Below, piece after piece: positions 17,649 to 26,748 of a stretch of 63,248 nt of DNA. The DNA is taken from IMG/VR virus record IMGVR_UViG_3300019887_000001, positions 1 through 63,248 of that record. One strand, 5' to 3'. Under the pieces are notes generated by a model. The model saw nothing but the letters and a program-made list of their open reading frames with translations. It had not been told where the DNA came from and ran no database searches. Positions within the stretch are counted from its first letter, which is position 1; every line of letters starts with the position of its first letter. This stretch comes from a virus. Its lineage: Duplodnaviria > Caudoviricetes. Position numbers and translations under genes: made by a program.

Positions 17649-18026
17649 TCAGGCGCTAGGAACGGAGCCGGTCGCGGGGGCGGTCGGGTCGTCGGAAGCC
17701 AGAGCCGTGGTGGACGCCTCGAGCGCGGCCGACGCGGCGTTCAACTGGTCGAGCTGAGCCTGGGTGACGGGCGTGCCAGGCACGATCGCCGCGATCGCGT
17801 CTTTCAGTTGCTGCATCTCGACCGTCGAGGCCGCGGTGTTGGCGCTGACGGCTGCGGTGTTGCGATCGAGATCGGACTGCAATTGGTCGGTCATGGTGAG
17901 CAGTGCCCTCTGGTTGAACTCCAGAACAATCGTGTTGGCGCCAAGATAGGTCGCCATCGATTGCAGGTAGCGGATGGTCGTGTAGAAGTCGGCGTTCGGA
18001 CCTGGGTCGGTCGGGAGCTTCAGCAT
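17649..18026 (-). CDS. Coiled-coil hypothetical protein
   Basis: Ala/Gln-rich heptads; start could be further downstream. Confidence 0.55.
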   Translation of the reverse strand: MLKLPTDPGPNADFYTTIRYLQSMATYLGANTIVLEFNQRALLTMTDQLQSDLDRNTAAVSANTAASTVEMQQLKDAIAAIVPGTPVTQAQLDQLNAASAALEASTTALASDDPTAPATGSVPSA

Positions 18027-18089
18027 TTGAGCATGCGTACGGCAGTCATAGTGTCTGCTGCAGACAGCATGCCCGTCGTAATTATCCGA

Positions 18090-18362
18090 TTACGGGGTGA
18101 GTCTGCCCGCCGCGAGGAAGTCGAACGCCGCGACCGCGGCCGCGAAAGAGATGTCCCAGACCTGCTTCGGCGTCAGCCCGGGCGACGTCGGAAGATTCGG
18201 CAGCACGTCGGTCTGCTGGAATGCGTGAAAATAGTTCTCGCGCGCCTCGAGCATGCCTGCGCGGTCGAGCCACAGTGTCGCGGTGCGCCGCCGCTGCCGC
18301 AGCGGATCTTCTTTGCCGTAGCCGAATGGCGGCGCCTCGTTTTCGTCCTTGAAGTGGGTCAT
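18090..18362 (-). CDS. Hypothetical protein
   Basis: ATGA-coupled, 90 aa. Confidence 0.6.
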   Translation of the reverse strand: MTHFKDENEAPPFGYGKEDPLRQRRRTATLWLDRAGMLEARENYFHAFQQTDVLPNLPTSPGLTPKQVWDISFAAAVAAFDFLAAGRLTP

Positions 18363-18592
18363 GACGCCAGCCGCCCGCTGACGCGCACGACACGGTAGCC
18401 GGCCGCGTAGATGCCGGCGAACACGCCCGCGACCGCCGCCCGCACGCCTTCGCGGTCTTTGTCGTTCAACTCCGCGTACGGCTTGTCCTGGTCTGGCTCG
18501 ATCGGAATCCCGGTCGCGTGGACCTTGACCAGATACGCGTTGTGGCCACTCTCGGCGAGGTCGTCGATCAACTCGGCGTGGTCGTCATCCAT
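18359..18592 (-). CDS. Hypothetical protein
   Basis: GGAGG RBS before ATG 18592; KPYAELNDKDRE motif. Confidence 0.6.
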   Translation of the reverse strand: MDDDHAELIDDLAESGHNAYLVKVHATGIPIEPDQDKPYAELNDKDREGVRAAVAGVFAGIYAAGYRVVRVSGRLAS

Positions 18593-18836
18593 GAGGCACC
18601 TCCTCCGCTTTGTTCGTGTCGGGCAGAAACGTCGCGTTCGGCATGATGTGGTCGGCAAGCTGCGGCGTCAACGCTTTCTCGAGATAGGCTGCCAGACCAC
18701 CGAGTAGTCCGAGCGCGAGCAGTCGCCAGTCTGGATCAGGCTTACTCACCTCGAGCGTCAGGATCGGGATCTCGACGAGCATGATGCCGAGCACCGTGCG
18801 TGCGATCAGCACCTGGACCTTTGGATCGACGGTCAT
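18585..18836 (-). CDS. Putative holin (2 TM)
   Basis: MTVDPKVQVLIARTVLG...DWRLLALGLLGGLAAYLEK; two hydrophobic helices. Confidence 0.5.
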   Translation of the reverse strand: MTVDPKVQVLIARTVLGIMLVEIPILTLEVSKPDPDWRLLALGLLGGLAAYLEKALTPQLADHIMPNATFLPDTNKAEEVPHG

Positions 18837-18853
18837 CGCTCTTCCCTCACGGT

Positions 18854-19168
18854 CTAACACGGCAACCCCCAGAAGCACTGCGCGCCCCACCACCCGTTGT
18901 ACGACGCGTATTGCGCCGCGACAACGCCAAGCAGAAAGAACACGACCGCGGAGAACAACACGACGATCACGAAAAAGCCCACGGACCAGTCGGTCAATTC
19001 CTTCGTCCGCGCGACCTGATCGACCTGCGACACCGCCTGGCGCTTCTGCACGCCGGCCTGGGCGTCCTGTTCGATGCCCTGCTCGAGCTGCTCGGATCGC
19101 AGGTCGTCGATCTGCTGCTGAAACCCTGGATCGTCGCGGCGTCGCTGAGGAGTCGGGCCCTCCGTCAT
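18854..19168 (-). CDS. Membrane protein (coiled coil plus C-terminal TM)
   Basis: ATGA-coupled to response regulator; GFFVIVVLFSAVVFFLLG. Confidence 0.55.
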   Translation of the reverse strand: MTEGPTPQRRRDDPGFQQQIDDLRSEQLEQGIEQDAQAGVQKRQAVSQVDQVARTKELTDWSVGFFVIVVLFSAVVFFLLGVVAAQYASYNGWWGAQCFWGLPC

Positions 19169-19866
19169 GGGTGGATGCTGTACCCGCGAGGCGTACGACG
19201 GCTGCAACCGTCGTACGCGGTGTGGATCGTCGGCGCGCCAGCAACGCTCGCCAGGCGTTTGCGCAGGCGTCCGATGTGAACGTGCACGAGGTGGCTGAAG
19301 CTCGGGTCGTCGCGTGGCCACACGACGAGCCCGAGCGCCTCGTGCTCGACCGTCTCGGGCGACGCTGCCACGAGCGCGGTCAGCAAATGAAACTCGGTCG
19401 GGGTGACGTGGAACGGTCTGCCGTTGATGTGCGCGAGATGACTTCGAGTTAGCTGTAACGTGCCGCACACGGTGTTTGGCCCGGGCGAGCTGGGTGCCGG
19501 TAGCTGGGCCGCGCATCGGCGCAGGACCGCTTCGATCCGCGCGTCCAGGTCGTCGAGGTCGAACGGTTTCGAGATGAAGTCGTCTGCGCCCATCTTGAGA
19601 CTGAGCACCCGATCGGCCTGAGATTGGCGCCCGCTGAGCACGATGATCGGCACGCTGCTCAGCGCGCGAATCTTCGGCACGAGCAGCGACCCGTCGCCAT
19701 CAGGCAACACGAGGTCGAGCAGCACCATGTCGGGCGGGTCGCTGCGGATGTGCTGCAGCGCGACGGCGCCGCTTCCGACCGGGACGATATCGAAACGGTC
19801 CTCGAGCGCGCTGGCGTAGACGTCGATCAGTGATCGGTCGTCATCGACGACCAGAATCGTTGGCAC
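19165..19866 (-). CDS. OmpR/PhoB-family response regulator (receiver plus winged helix)
   Basis: ILVVDDD, VLLDL (phospho-Asp), GADDFISKPF, VTPTEFHLL, VHVHIGRLRKRL. Confidence 0.93.
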   Translation of the reverse strand: MPTILVVDDDRSLIDVYASALEDRFDIVPVGSGAVALQHIRSDPPDMVLLDLVLPDGDGSLLVPKIRALSSVPIIVLSGRQSQADRVLSLKMGADDFISKPFDLDDLDARIEAVLRRCAAQLPAPSSPGPNTVCGTLQLTRSHLAHINGRPFHVTPTEFHLLTALVAASPETVEHEALGLVVWPRDDPSFSHLVHVHIGRLRKRLASVAGAPTIHTAYDGCSRRTPRGYSIHP

Positions 19867-19879
19867 CGATCCGCGCGAA

Positions 19880-20122
19880 TTACTGCGACTCGTCGAGCAC
19901 TGCGACGGTCCCGCATTTTTCGCAATGCACGCGAACCGAGTGGGCCGCGGTCAGCGGCACGGTGATCGTGCGGACCTGGCGACCGCGCGGACTGAGACGC
20001 ATGACGACGCGGTCGGCGTATCGGCGCCAGAGCCCCTTGCCGCAGCCGGCGCAATGCACCCAGGTAAACGGCTCGCCGGCCGAGCCTCCCGGTATCGCTG
20101 GTTCCGCGGCCATCGCTGCCAA
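19880..20122 (-). CDS. Zn-ribbon protein (Com-like)
   Basis: HCAGCGKGL...VHCEKCGT; first gene after a hairpin leader. Confidence 0.5.
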   Translation of the reverse strand: MAAMAAEPAIPGGSAGEPFTWVHCAGCGKGLWRRYADRVVMRLSPRGRQVRTITVPLTAAHSVRVHCEKCGTVAVLDESQ

Positions 20123-20146
20123 AATTCTGACCCCTTTGAGGAACGC

Positions 20147-20178
20147 AAAAAGCCGCCGACCCTGAAGGGATCGGCGGC
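20147..20178 (-). terminator. Intrinsic terminator-like hairpin plus U-tract
   Basis: GCCGCCGATCC-cttcag-GGTCGGCGGC followed by a T run on the minus strand. Confidence 0.6.
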
Positions 20179-20278
20179 CTGGATGCTGCCTCTGCGGGAA
20201 TGTTCAGGATCGGCGGCCTACGAGCTGCCTCGTGGGCTCAGTGTGTACCCCCCGTCAAGGGGTCGTCATGAAGTTCGG

Positions 20279-20542
20279 TCATGCCATTCCAGACTTGAGC
20301 AGACGACAGAACTCGTCGAGCTCTTCGTGCAGGCTGGTGATGAACTCCATGTCTTCTGGCGTCGGCTCGTCGCCTCCGTCGAGGTGCTCAAGCATCATCG
20401 ACGCCCACATTGCCGCGCCGGCGTAGAACGCCCGCCGCATCTCCCGGTACTGAGTGCTGCCGTGCGCTGGGATATGCGCCGTCTCGACGAGGCGGTTCCA
20501 CTCGCCTTTGAGCGTCGGGCGATCGATCAGCGGTGTGACCAT
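20279..20542 (-). CDS. Hypothetical protein (EMRRAFYAGA type)
   Basis: QYREMRRAFYAGA motif familiar from small phage proteins. Confidence 0.7.
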   Translation of the reverse strand: MVTPLIDRPTLKGEWNRLVETAHIPAHGSTQYREMRRAFYAGAAMWASMMLEHLDGGDEPTPEDMEFITSLHEELDEFCRLLKSGMA

Positions 20543-20544
20543 GG

Positions 20545-20844
20545 TCAGCGTCTCCGTCTGATTGGTTTGACCAGGCCCATGTCGCGGGCCTGCTCGCGGG
20601 TTGGCAGGATGATCGGGTGCTCTGCCCGCTGCTCGTCGGTCAGGTTGTGGAGCACCTCGTCACCGACCTGGGAGGCGATGCTGAACGCGAGCGCGAACAT
20701 GCCCGCGTCACCCTCGTCGCCGCGGTACGCCGTGTCGATCGTGCCGTCTTCGTTCTCGATGATCACCAGCACGGATCGATTCTGTGGGTCGTCGATGCGC
20801 CGCTGAAGGCGCTCAAAGGCGAAGGCGTCGTTTAGATTCGTCAC
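20545..20844 (-). CDS. Hypothetical protein
   Basis: GTGA-coupled to HNH gene, GGAG RBS. Confidence 0.6.
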   Translation of the reverse strand: MTNLNDAFAFERLQRRIDDPQNRSVLVIIENEDGTIDTAYRGDEGDAGMFALAFSIASQVGDEVLHNLTDEQRAEHPIILPTREQARDMGLVKPIRRRR

Positions 20845-21395
20845 GGCACATTTCTCCATATTTGCCGCGAGACTATCTGCGATATGTGCCCGCTGCTAAT
20901 TCCGTACGTCTGCCCGAGTGTCCTTAGCGAGTCGCCCGCTGCACGACGGCTGCGAATTGTTCCGACAATGTCAACCGTAAGCTTCGCAGCGCCGCAGTTC
21001 GCACCGTTGAAGTCCGCAGCGCGACCCTTGGCATGCATGTCCTTGATGTTGTCGCTCATTGTCCCAAGGAACAGATGGCTTGGACGGGCGCAGGGGCGAT
21101 TATCGCAGCGATGCAATACCTGGATGTGGCCTAAGCGCGGCCCTCGCATGCAGGGGTGGTTCCCATAAGCGAGTTCCCACGCGATGCTATGATCAGAGCG
21201 AGTTCGTTGCTCCGCAGGTACCCAGATTTCGGCATAGTTTGGCCCCGGGGGACCACCACGCGCCGGACATGCCGGCCAACACTGATCTAGTTCAGGACGA
21301 TGTGGCGGAAGCGGGCCGTCTTTGTCCACGCGCTCTTCCAGCAATTGCCTTAGGCTCAGTGAAGCCTTTCTTGTTCGGTGGTAGCCATAACTCAT
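20841..21395 (-). CDS. HNH homing endonuclease with C-terminal HTH
   Basis: VLHRCDNRPCARPSHLFLGT..DNIKDM..KGR; AKLT...HTH. Confidence 0.88.
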   Translation of the reverse strand: MSYGYHRTRKASLSLRQLLEERVDKDGPLPPHRPELDQCWPACPARGGPPGPNYAEIWVPAEQRTRSDHSIAWELAYGNHPCMRGPRLGHIQVLHRCDNRPCARPSHLFLGTMSDNIKDMHAKGRAADFNGANCGAAKLTVDIVGTIRSRRAAGDSLRTLGQTYGISSGHISQIVSRQIWRNVP

Positions 21396-21429
21396 AACCG
21401 TTGTGACCCCACGCTGGAGTTCAGGTCGC

Positions 21430-21657
21430 TCATAGTCGCTCCGGTTTCTGGTCGCGGCTGAACAGTCCGGACACCTGAGACCTGCCGGCCTGGTCGCGCC
21501 CGAGGTGGAACGTGACGACGCCCTTCGTCGACGGCAGGTCGAGCTCGACGTGCTCGTCGATCCAGCGTTTCATACGCGCACGACGGGACTCGGTCGGGTC
21601 GAGGTGCTCGGCCTGCACGTCTTCGAGGGTCGCACGCCCGTTGACGCGAAAGCTCAT
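21430..21657 (-). CDS. Hypothetical protein
   Basis: ATGA-coupled start MSFRVNG. Confidence 0.5.
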   Translation of the reverse strand: MSFRVNGRATLEDVQAEHLDPTESRRARMKRWIDEHVELDLPSTKGVVTFHLGRDQAGRSQVSGLFSRDQKPERL

Positions 21658-21860
21658 TTCGCGTAGCTCCTGAGGCCGTAGAGCGGGCAGTGGCGTTCGT
21701 GGCCCAGGACGGCGTACTTGCACGTGCACACCGTCTGAGCAGCCTGTTTGAGGCCTTCCCGTGCACGTCGGATGCAATGGATCGCTGCCCACTTGGTCGT
21801 GTCCTGCACGGACGCGAGCAGCGCCTGCTCGGCCATGTCGAGCTCCTCGAGTGGGCTCAT
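21654..21860 (-). CDS. Hypothetical protein
   Basis: CTC...H..HCP motif; coupled. Confidence 0.55.
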   Translation of the reverse strand: MSPLEELDMAEQALLASVQDTTKWAAIHCIRRAREGLKQAAQTVCTCKYAVLGHERHCPLYGLRSYAK

Positions 21861-22105
21861 CGCGGCACCCACCGATTGCCGACGACGACACCCTTTCGCC
21901 AGGCGTACGACACGACCTGGACGCGGTCCTCGCAGCCGAGTTTTGCGAACACGCCCGCGAGGTAGTAGTGGACCGTGTTGGCCTTGACGCCGAGCTCGCG
22001 ACAGAGCGTCTTCGTCGACGACGCGCCGTGCATCAACAACGCCACCAGCTCTGCCTCACGTGGCGTGAGCTGATCCGCCGACGCGCACGCCGCCTCGAGC
22101 GTCAC
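21857..22105 (-). CDS. LuxR-type HTH regulator (stand-alone)
   Basis: LTPREAELVALL..G......RELGVKANTVHYY....FAKLG...R.Q.V.YA...G. Confidence 0.88.
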   Translation of the reverse strand: MTLEAACASADQLTPREAELVALLMHGASSTKTLCRELGVKANTVHYYLAGVFAKLGCEDRVQVVSYAWRKGVVVGNRWVPR

Positions 22106-22107
22106 GG

Positions 22108-22950
22108 CTAGGGCACGACCTGCTCGGGCGTCTGGGCCTGTTCGCTCGAGCGCGTGCCACGCTTGCGGGTGATGCCTGACTGGGACTTCCAGTCGGGTAT
22201 CGCCTCGTCGATTTCGTCAGGCACGTGCCCGTTGCCATTGCTCGTCGAGGATTCAGCCGGCTCAGGGTAAGCGTCTGAGTCCGGCTGGTCCTCCCCCGCG
22301 ACCTGATTTTGTCCCTCAACGCCACCAGTCGCGGAAGCCTCAGCAACGTGTTCTGTTTCGACAACCGTCCCGTTCGCGTCGACCGTCGTCGTCCGATCGT
22401 GCGGCTTCGCCTCGACCTCGTCGTCATCATCGGCACTCAGATCGGGGAACTTGATCTGCATCGTGCGTCCCGTTTCGCGTACCGCTTTGGCAAACAATTG
22501 CTGTTCGGGAAGCCAGATGCCGTGCCTGCGAATGACGTCCGAGAACTCGCTGACGTCGGGCCCAACAGTTGCCCAGCTATAGGTCGTTTCGCCCGACCGT
22601 TTGTTGACGTGCTCGCGGCGAATCATGCGACACAGCAGGTGGTCGACGAGCGCCTTGCGCTGGGTCAGCAACGCACGCGCCCAACGCTTTTCGTCGATCA
22701 GCACGATGTAGTCCGAGGGCATGCTGGAAACGTGCCCGATCGACGACAGGAACCGCTGCAGCGGGTTCGACCGTGAAGACGTCCCGAGCACGACGTGGCC
22801 GCCGGACGCGCGCTTCGAGGTCGTCGTCAGCCACAGGATGTGCGCCTCGAGCAGATGCTCGTGATGCGCGTCGATCAGGTCCTGGGCGATCTGAATGACG
22901 TCGATCGCCGCGCGCCGAATGGACGTCTCAGCCACGATTCTGTCCCCCAC
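22108..22950 (-). CDS. Phage metallopeptidase-like protein (degenerate HExxH) with acidic tail
   Basis: HHEHL..A.I, DYIVLID...W, ALVDHLLCR, DVSEFSDVIRRHG.W. Confidence 0.7.
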   Translation of the reverse strand: MGDRIVAETSIRRAAIDVIQIAQDLIDAHHEHLLEAHILWLTTTSKRASGGHVVLGTSSRSNPLQRFLSSIGHVSSMPSDYIVLIDEKRWARALLTQRKALVDHLLCRMIRREHVNKRSGETTYSWATVGPDVSEFSDVIRRHGIWLPEQQLFAKAVRETGRTMQIKFPDLSADDDDEVEAKPHDRTTTVDANGTVVETEHVAEASATGGVEGQNQVAGEDQPDSDAYPEPAESSTSNGNGHVPDEIDEAIPDWKSQSGITRKRGTRSSEQAQTPEQVVP

Positions 22951-23120
22951 ATCCAGATGCGCTGCCTGTATCAGACATATTCGCGACCCCTGAATCGATG
23001 AATTTGACCATATAGCCTCCTGAGTTCACTTGACTAGGGTTTCGTGCTGCGCGCGGTTGCTCGACGTGTCACGCCTACATTTCGAGTGCCCGTTGATCTG
23101 GATCCGCAAGCTCCTTTTCT

Positions 23121-23316
23121 GTCCGGGATAGGTTTCCGGGTTTGTCGGACGGGGATACCCGGAAAGTCCTGAGTTGAGCGGGTGGGTTTTGAGATGCCGG
23201 AAACCCGGACGCCCTATAGACAGGTAGCCGTTTCCGGGTTTGGGTCTTTTGGGCCCCAATAACCCGGACGTAGAAACCCGGAATAACCCGGAAACGACGA
23301 ATTCTCTCCGGGTTAT
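23121..23316. repeat. Iteron-like repeats (A/T)ACCCGGA, about 9 copies in both orientations; candidate replication origin
   Basis: e.g. GTTTCCGGGTTTG twice and GAAACCCGGAATAACCCGGAAAC, directly downstream of primase-helicase. Confidence 0.65.
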
Positions 23317-25409
23317 GCATGCCGTGACCACTTCGAGATGACGCCTCGGCCGCCAGGGTTCGTCTCATCGCCAGAGGTGAAGCGCTCCCTCCGCGCACTC
23401 ATGCACTTCCTAGCCGCCTCAGGGGTCACGTCGAGCCGGCCGCCGATCTCGGCGAGCGTCATGGGCTGACTCAGGATGTCCCAGATACGTTCCTCGAGCT
23501 TGCGGTGCCCATCGAGTTGAGGCACGTCTCGGATGTTGTTCGAGCTAAAAGTGACGGGCCCATCTGCACCATCGAATACCATCTGAATTCCAAAAGGCCG
23601 CGGCAAACGCCCGTCATTGACTTTCTTACAAAAGAAGCCGAGATCAACGAGGTCGGATTCTTCACGATTGACACGCTCGACGTACCAGGTTCGCCGCGCT
23701 TCGTTGTGCCAGAATGTTGAGCCGAACGGACGCTCGGTGTCACCCCCGCGGTTTATGTGAGCAACCGTAATCGTGGTAATGCCAATGCTGAACAAGGACC
23801 TGAAGTAGCGCAGCGCGACGTCTGCTTTTTCAGGTTCACCGCCGCATGCCGCGGCGGCCGAGTCGATGACTAAGCCGACAATGTTGTACTCATCAATCGT
23901 GCGTCTGAGCGCGTCGACTAGATCAGGTAACGGGATCCCGTCCGACGGACGATAGCGCACCAACCCACTCGACATGCGCTCGAGCCCGAGTCCTTGCGCG
24001 ACACGCCCCATGCGGCGTCCATAGTTCGGTTTGCCCGTCTCGTAGTCGAGCACCATCCATCGGCCCGGCCGTGTCTGGAGCCCACAGAAAGGTTGCCCCA
24101 GCGCGGCACACGAGATCAGCGCGAAGACCAGGTAGCTCTTGCCCGCGGACCCGTCGCCGAAGATCACCGTCGGTTCGGCGTTGGGCAGCAGGACGTCTAC
24201 ATGAAACGCCTGGGTGACCGAGAACTCGATTTCGGCGGTATCGACCGATGGGTCACTCCCAAGGAACCCATCGCGGACCAGGGTGAACGCCTGGTTCAGT
24301 AACTTCGTCCAATTGAAGTCCTTTCCCAAGTCGTAGAGCGCGTCGAGTGTGCGGCGAAACTCGGTAACCTGGGACAGCGACTGGATATTCAGCCTCGCTG
24401 ACAGGGGATCCCTGCCTGGCGTGCCCACCAGCTCAACACGCACGTCCGTGTCCAGTGCCCGCACGCTTTTCTGTAGCTCCCGACAGGTGATGATGACCTC
24501 ACCAATCACTGACGGAAGACGAACGCGAATCGCATTGGTGTCCAGAAATTCACGGATCGACCGCTCGAGAACAGGTACCTCGATCGCCTCGAGCGTGCCG
24601 CCAGTCGCGAAGTAGTCGAACGCGTCCCCCTTCTCTGCCACGTCCACCACGACAAGCGACGTACGGCTGGCAATATCGCGGAGCTGCACGTCGACGCGCT
24701 GCATCAGCCCGCGCCCGACCGCGTCGTTGTCGGGCCAGAGCCGCACGACTCGACCACGGAGGACCTCGAGCGCGTCACCGAAATCGGTCGTACTCGCGCC
24801 GCCGGCCAGGGTCACCGCGAGCAGTCCCCGGGTACGACAGGCTTCGGTCGCCTTCTCGCCTTCGACGAGGTACACGGGCTGCTCGGGCGGTGCGTTCGCG
24901 ACCAGCTCCGCACCCCACAACGGCATGTCTGCCACCTTCAATGGCGCGATGCCGGCCGCCCACGTCCCGCCCATCTTGCGCCACCTGAAGGTTTTTTCTC
25001 CACCCTGCTCCCAGCGGCCCTTCTCAGCCACGACAGTCCCGTCAGTGCCGCGGTACACGTACACCCGTGTCGGCTCGCCGATCGCGTGCGACGGATACGG
25101 GGGCGGGCTATGCATCGGCACCACGCCGTTGGCCGTCGGTCGTTTTCGTTCAACGCCGAGACCGTCCAGGATGTCGCGGAAACCACAACCAGCAAAGCAC
25201 TCGAGCCCATATTTCGTGCTCAACGACAGTGATCGATTGTGGTGCTTGGTCCCGTCAGGATGAGCCGGGCAGTACGACCAGACCCGTCCTTCTCCGTTCG
25301 GGTAGTCAACCTCGCGCAGCGGGTTACCACTCGGTGACCGCAACCGCGGCAGCAATTCTCGGTACATCGCTTCGCGTCGCTCTGGGCCGAGCAGTGGCTC
25401 CATGCTCAC
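23313..25409 (-). CDS. Primase-helicase (Zn finger, TOPRIM, RecA-like helicase, wHTH)
   Basis: CPAHPD...CFAGC; LVEGEK; WPDNDAVG; GDGSAGKS; LVIDS. Confidence 0.9.
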   Translation of the reverse strand: MSMEPLLGPERREAMYRELLPRLRSPSGNPLREVDYPNGEGRVWSYCPAHPDGTKHHNRSLSLSTKYGLECFAGCGFRDILDGLGVERKRPTANGVVPMHSPPPYPSHAIGEPTRVYVYRGTDGTVVAEKGRWEQGGEKTFRWRKMGGTWAAGIAPLKVADMPLWGAELVANAPPEQPVYLVEGEKATEACRTRGLLAVTLAGGASTTDFGDALEVLRGRVVRLWPDNDAVGRGLMQRVDVQLRDIASRTSLVVVDVAEKGDAFDYFATGGTLEAIEVPVLERSIREFLDTNAIRVRLPSVIGEVIITCRELQKSVRALDTDVRVELVGTPGRDPLSARLNIQSLSQVTEFRRTLDALYDLGKDFNWTKLLNQAFTLVRDGFLGSDPSVDTAEIEFSVTQAFHVDVLLPNAEPTVIFGDGSAGKSYLVFALISCAALGQPFCGLQTRPGRWMVLDYETGKPNYGRRMGRVAQGLGLERMSSGLVRYRPSDGIPLPDLVDALRRTIDEYNIVGLVIDSAAAACGGEPEKADVALRYFRSLFSIGITTITVAHINRGGDTERPFGSTFWHNEARRTWYVERVNREESDLVDLGFFCKKVNDGRLPRPFGIQMVFDGADGPVTFSSNNIRDVPQLDGHRKLEERIWDILSQPMTLAEIGGRLDVTPEAARKCMSARRERFTSGDETNPGGRGVISKWSRHA

Positions 25410-25621
25410 GGGATGACTTCCCGTTCGGCCAGTACTGTCCCGAGCAGACTCAGCAGGATCCGCGTCTGCGGCCCAGCGTCACCGTTCAGCGTCCCAGGCA
25501 GGACCGCGCTGAGTAACGCGGCGATCGACGACGTCGGCAACGACCTCGCCAGCTCGAGCGCTGAGGCGATCTCCGAGTCGAGCGACTCAGGTTCGGATGG
25601 GGTAAGATGCTCTTGCGGCAA
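25406..25621 (-). CDS. Hypothetical protein
   Basis: Coupled to primase-helicase (GTGA), GGGAAG/GAGG-type RBS in its 3' end. Confidence 0.4.
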   Translation of the reverse strand: MPQEHLTPSEPESLDSEIASALELARSLPTSSIAALLSAVLPGTLNGDAGPQTRILLSLLGTVLAEREVIP

Positions 25622-25803
25622 GGTGGTGACTCATTTCCTTGTCCGACGCGCCTCGGGAGTCGCAAGCTCGCCGAGGCACTTCTTTTGGTCGAATGCGAGT
25701 CGATCTTACAACAATCTGTCTGGTGCAGGGGTCAGGACTGCATGGCTCAGACACAATCGTAAGCAGTATCATTTTTGTAACGATCGACGCAATGGTCATT
25801 GCG

Positions 25804-26118
25804 TCACAACGCAACCGACGCGGGCCGTCCGATCAAAATGCCCGTGATCGTTTGCTTGTCTCGTGGCCTCCAAACGAACGTCTCTACCCCCGCTTCGGCC
25901 AGTGCCGCGAGCCACACGTCCTGAGCTTCCGTCACCCGTCCCGTGTCGCTCTTCAGCTCCGCCGCGATCGCCCGTCGCCCCCGAACCATGAATAAATCCG
26001 GAAAGCCTGACGCCGACCGCCGCGAGTCGAACGTGTGGAAGCAGTGCCAGCCGAGCTGCTGCGCCAGGTCGACGATCGCGGCCTGGAACTGCTTTTCGCT
26101 CTCCTGCGGCAGCGTCAC
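25804..26118 (-). CDS. VRR-NUC nuclease
   Basis: SEKQFQAAI..LA...GW, GFPDL, AELKS..GR....Q..W, VWRP. Confidence 0.88.
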   Translation of the reverse strand: MTLPQESEKQFQAAIVDLAQQLGWHCFHTFDSRRSASGFPDLFMVRGRRAIAAELKSDTGRVTEAQDVWLAALAEAGVETFVWRPRDKQTITGILIGRPASVAL

Positions 26119-26315
26119 AGCCCGAGCCCGGGTAGCGGCTCGTGGCCAGCTCGAATCATGGCGATGTACTCCGGGATTGGACGGGTCCCGTTGCACTGTG
26201 GGAACGCCGGGCAGCCGAGGAACTTTGAGCCGTTCGCCTTGTTCATGCGTTCGACCATCGGCTCCGCGTTGCAATCTGGACACTTCAGCGGTGGGACCTT
26301 GACCCGCTTCGTCAT
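26115..26315 (-). CDS. Topoisomerase C4 Zn-finger-like protein
   Basis: CPDC...MVER.....GSKFLGCPAFPQCNGT. Confidence 0.8.
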   Translation of the reverse strand: MTKRVKVPPLKCPDCNAEPMVERMNKANGSKFLGCPAFPQCNGTRPIPEYIAMIRAGHEPLPGLGL

Positions 26316-26533
26316 GTCGGCAGCCGCGCGAACTGCCCGTTGACCCAGCCGTGTGTGCCGGCCAGCGTCACGACCGCGCGCCAGGCGTATTGTGTGTGCG
26401 CCGGCGAGCAACACATCGCGTCCGGACGAGCGAGAAATAGTCGCCCGCACCACACGCAGTGATGCTCGACCTGCAACCGCGCCGCCCGCATCCGCGCGAT
26501 CGGCGTTCGTGCCCTCGTGTCATGCCGCGTCAT
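26312..26533 (-). CDS. Zn-finger hypothetical protein
   Basis: CVWCGRLF.....AMCCS; coupled. Confidence 0.55.
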   Translation of the reverse strand: MTRHDTRARTPIARMRAARLQVEHHCVWCGRLFLARPDAMCCSPAHTQYAWRAVVTLAGTHGWVNGQFARLPT

Positions 26534-26748
26534 CAGGCCACCTCCGCGCGTTTGCTGCGCCAGTAGCACGCCCGACACATTTGCAGCCACGGCAGCTTCG
26601 CGAAGCCACACGCGCACAGGTCGTACTGCTCGAACGGTGCGCACATCGGCGACTGACAGCCGACCGCCCGCAATGCCACGTGCAGCCCATGCACCCACGT
26701 CTCCTCCGCCAACGTCGGCGGCGCAATCGGACCAGGACTCCGCCACAT
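26533..26748 (-). CDS. Cys-rich hypothetical protein
   Basis: CACG...CRACY; TGATG-coupled on both sides. Confidence 0.55.
   Translation of the reverse strand: MWRSPGPIAPPTLAEETWVHGLHVALRAVGCQSPMCAPFEQYDLCACGFAKLPWLQMCRACYWRSKRAEVA

Noticed and set aside
23121-23316. Mini-CRISPR or protein-coding ORFs 23026-23331 and 23075-23398
   Set aside because: Units are about 8 nt, irregularly spaced and in both orientations; translations lack protein-like features
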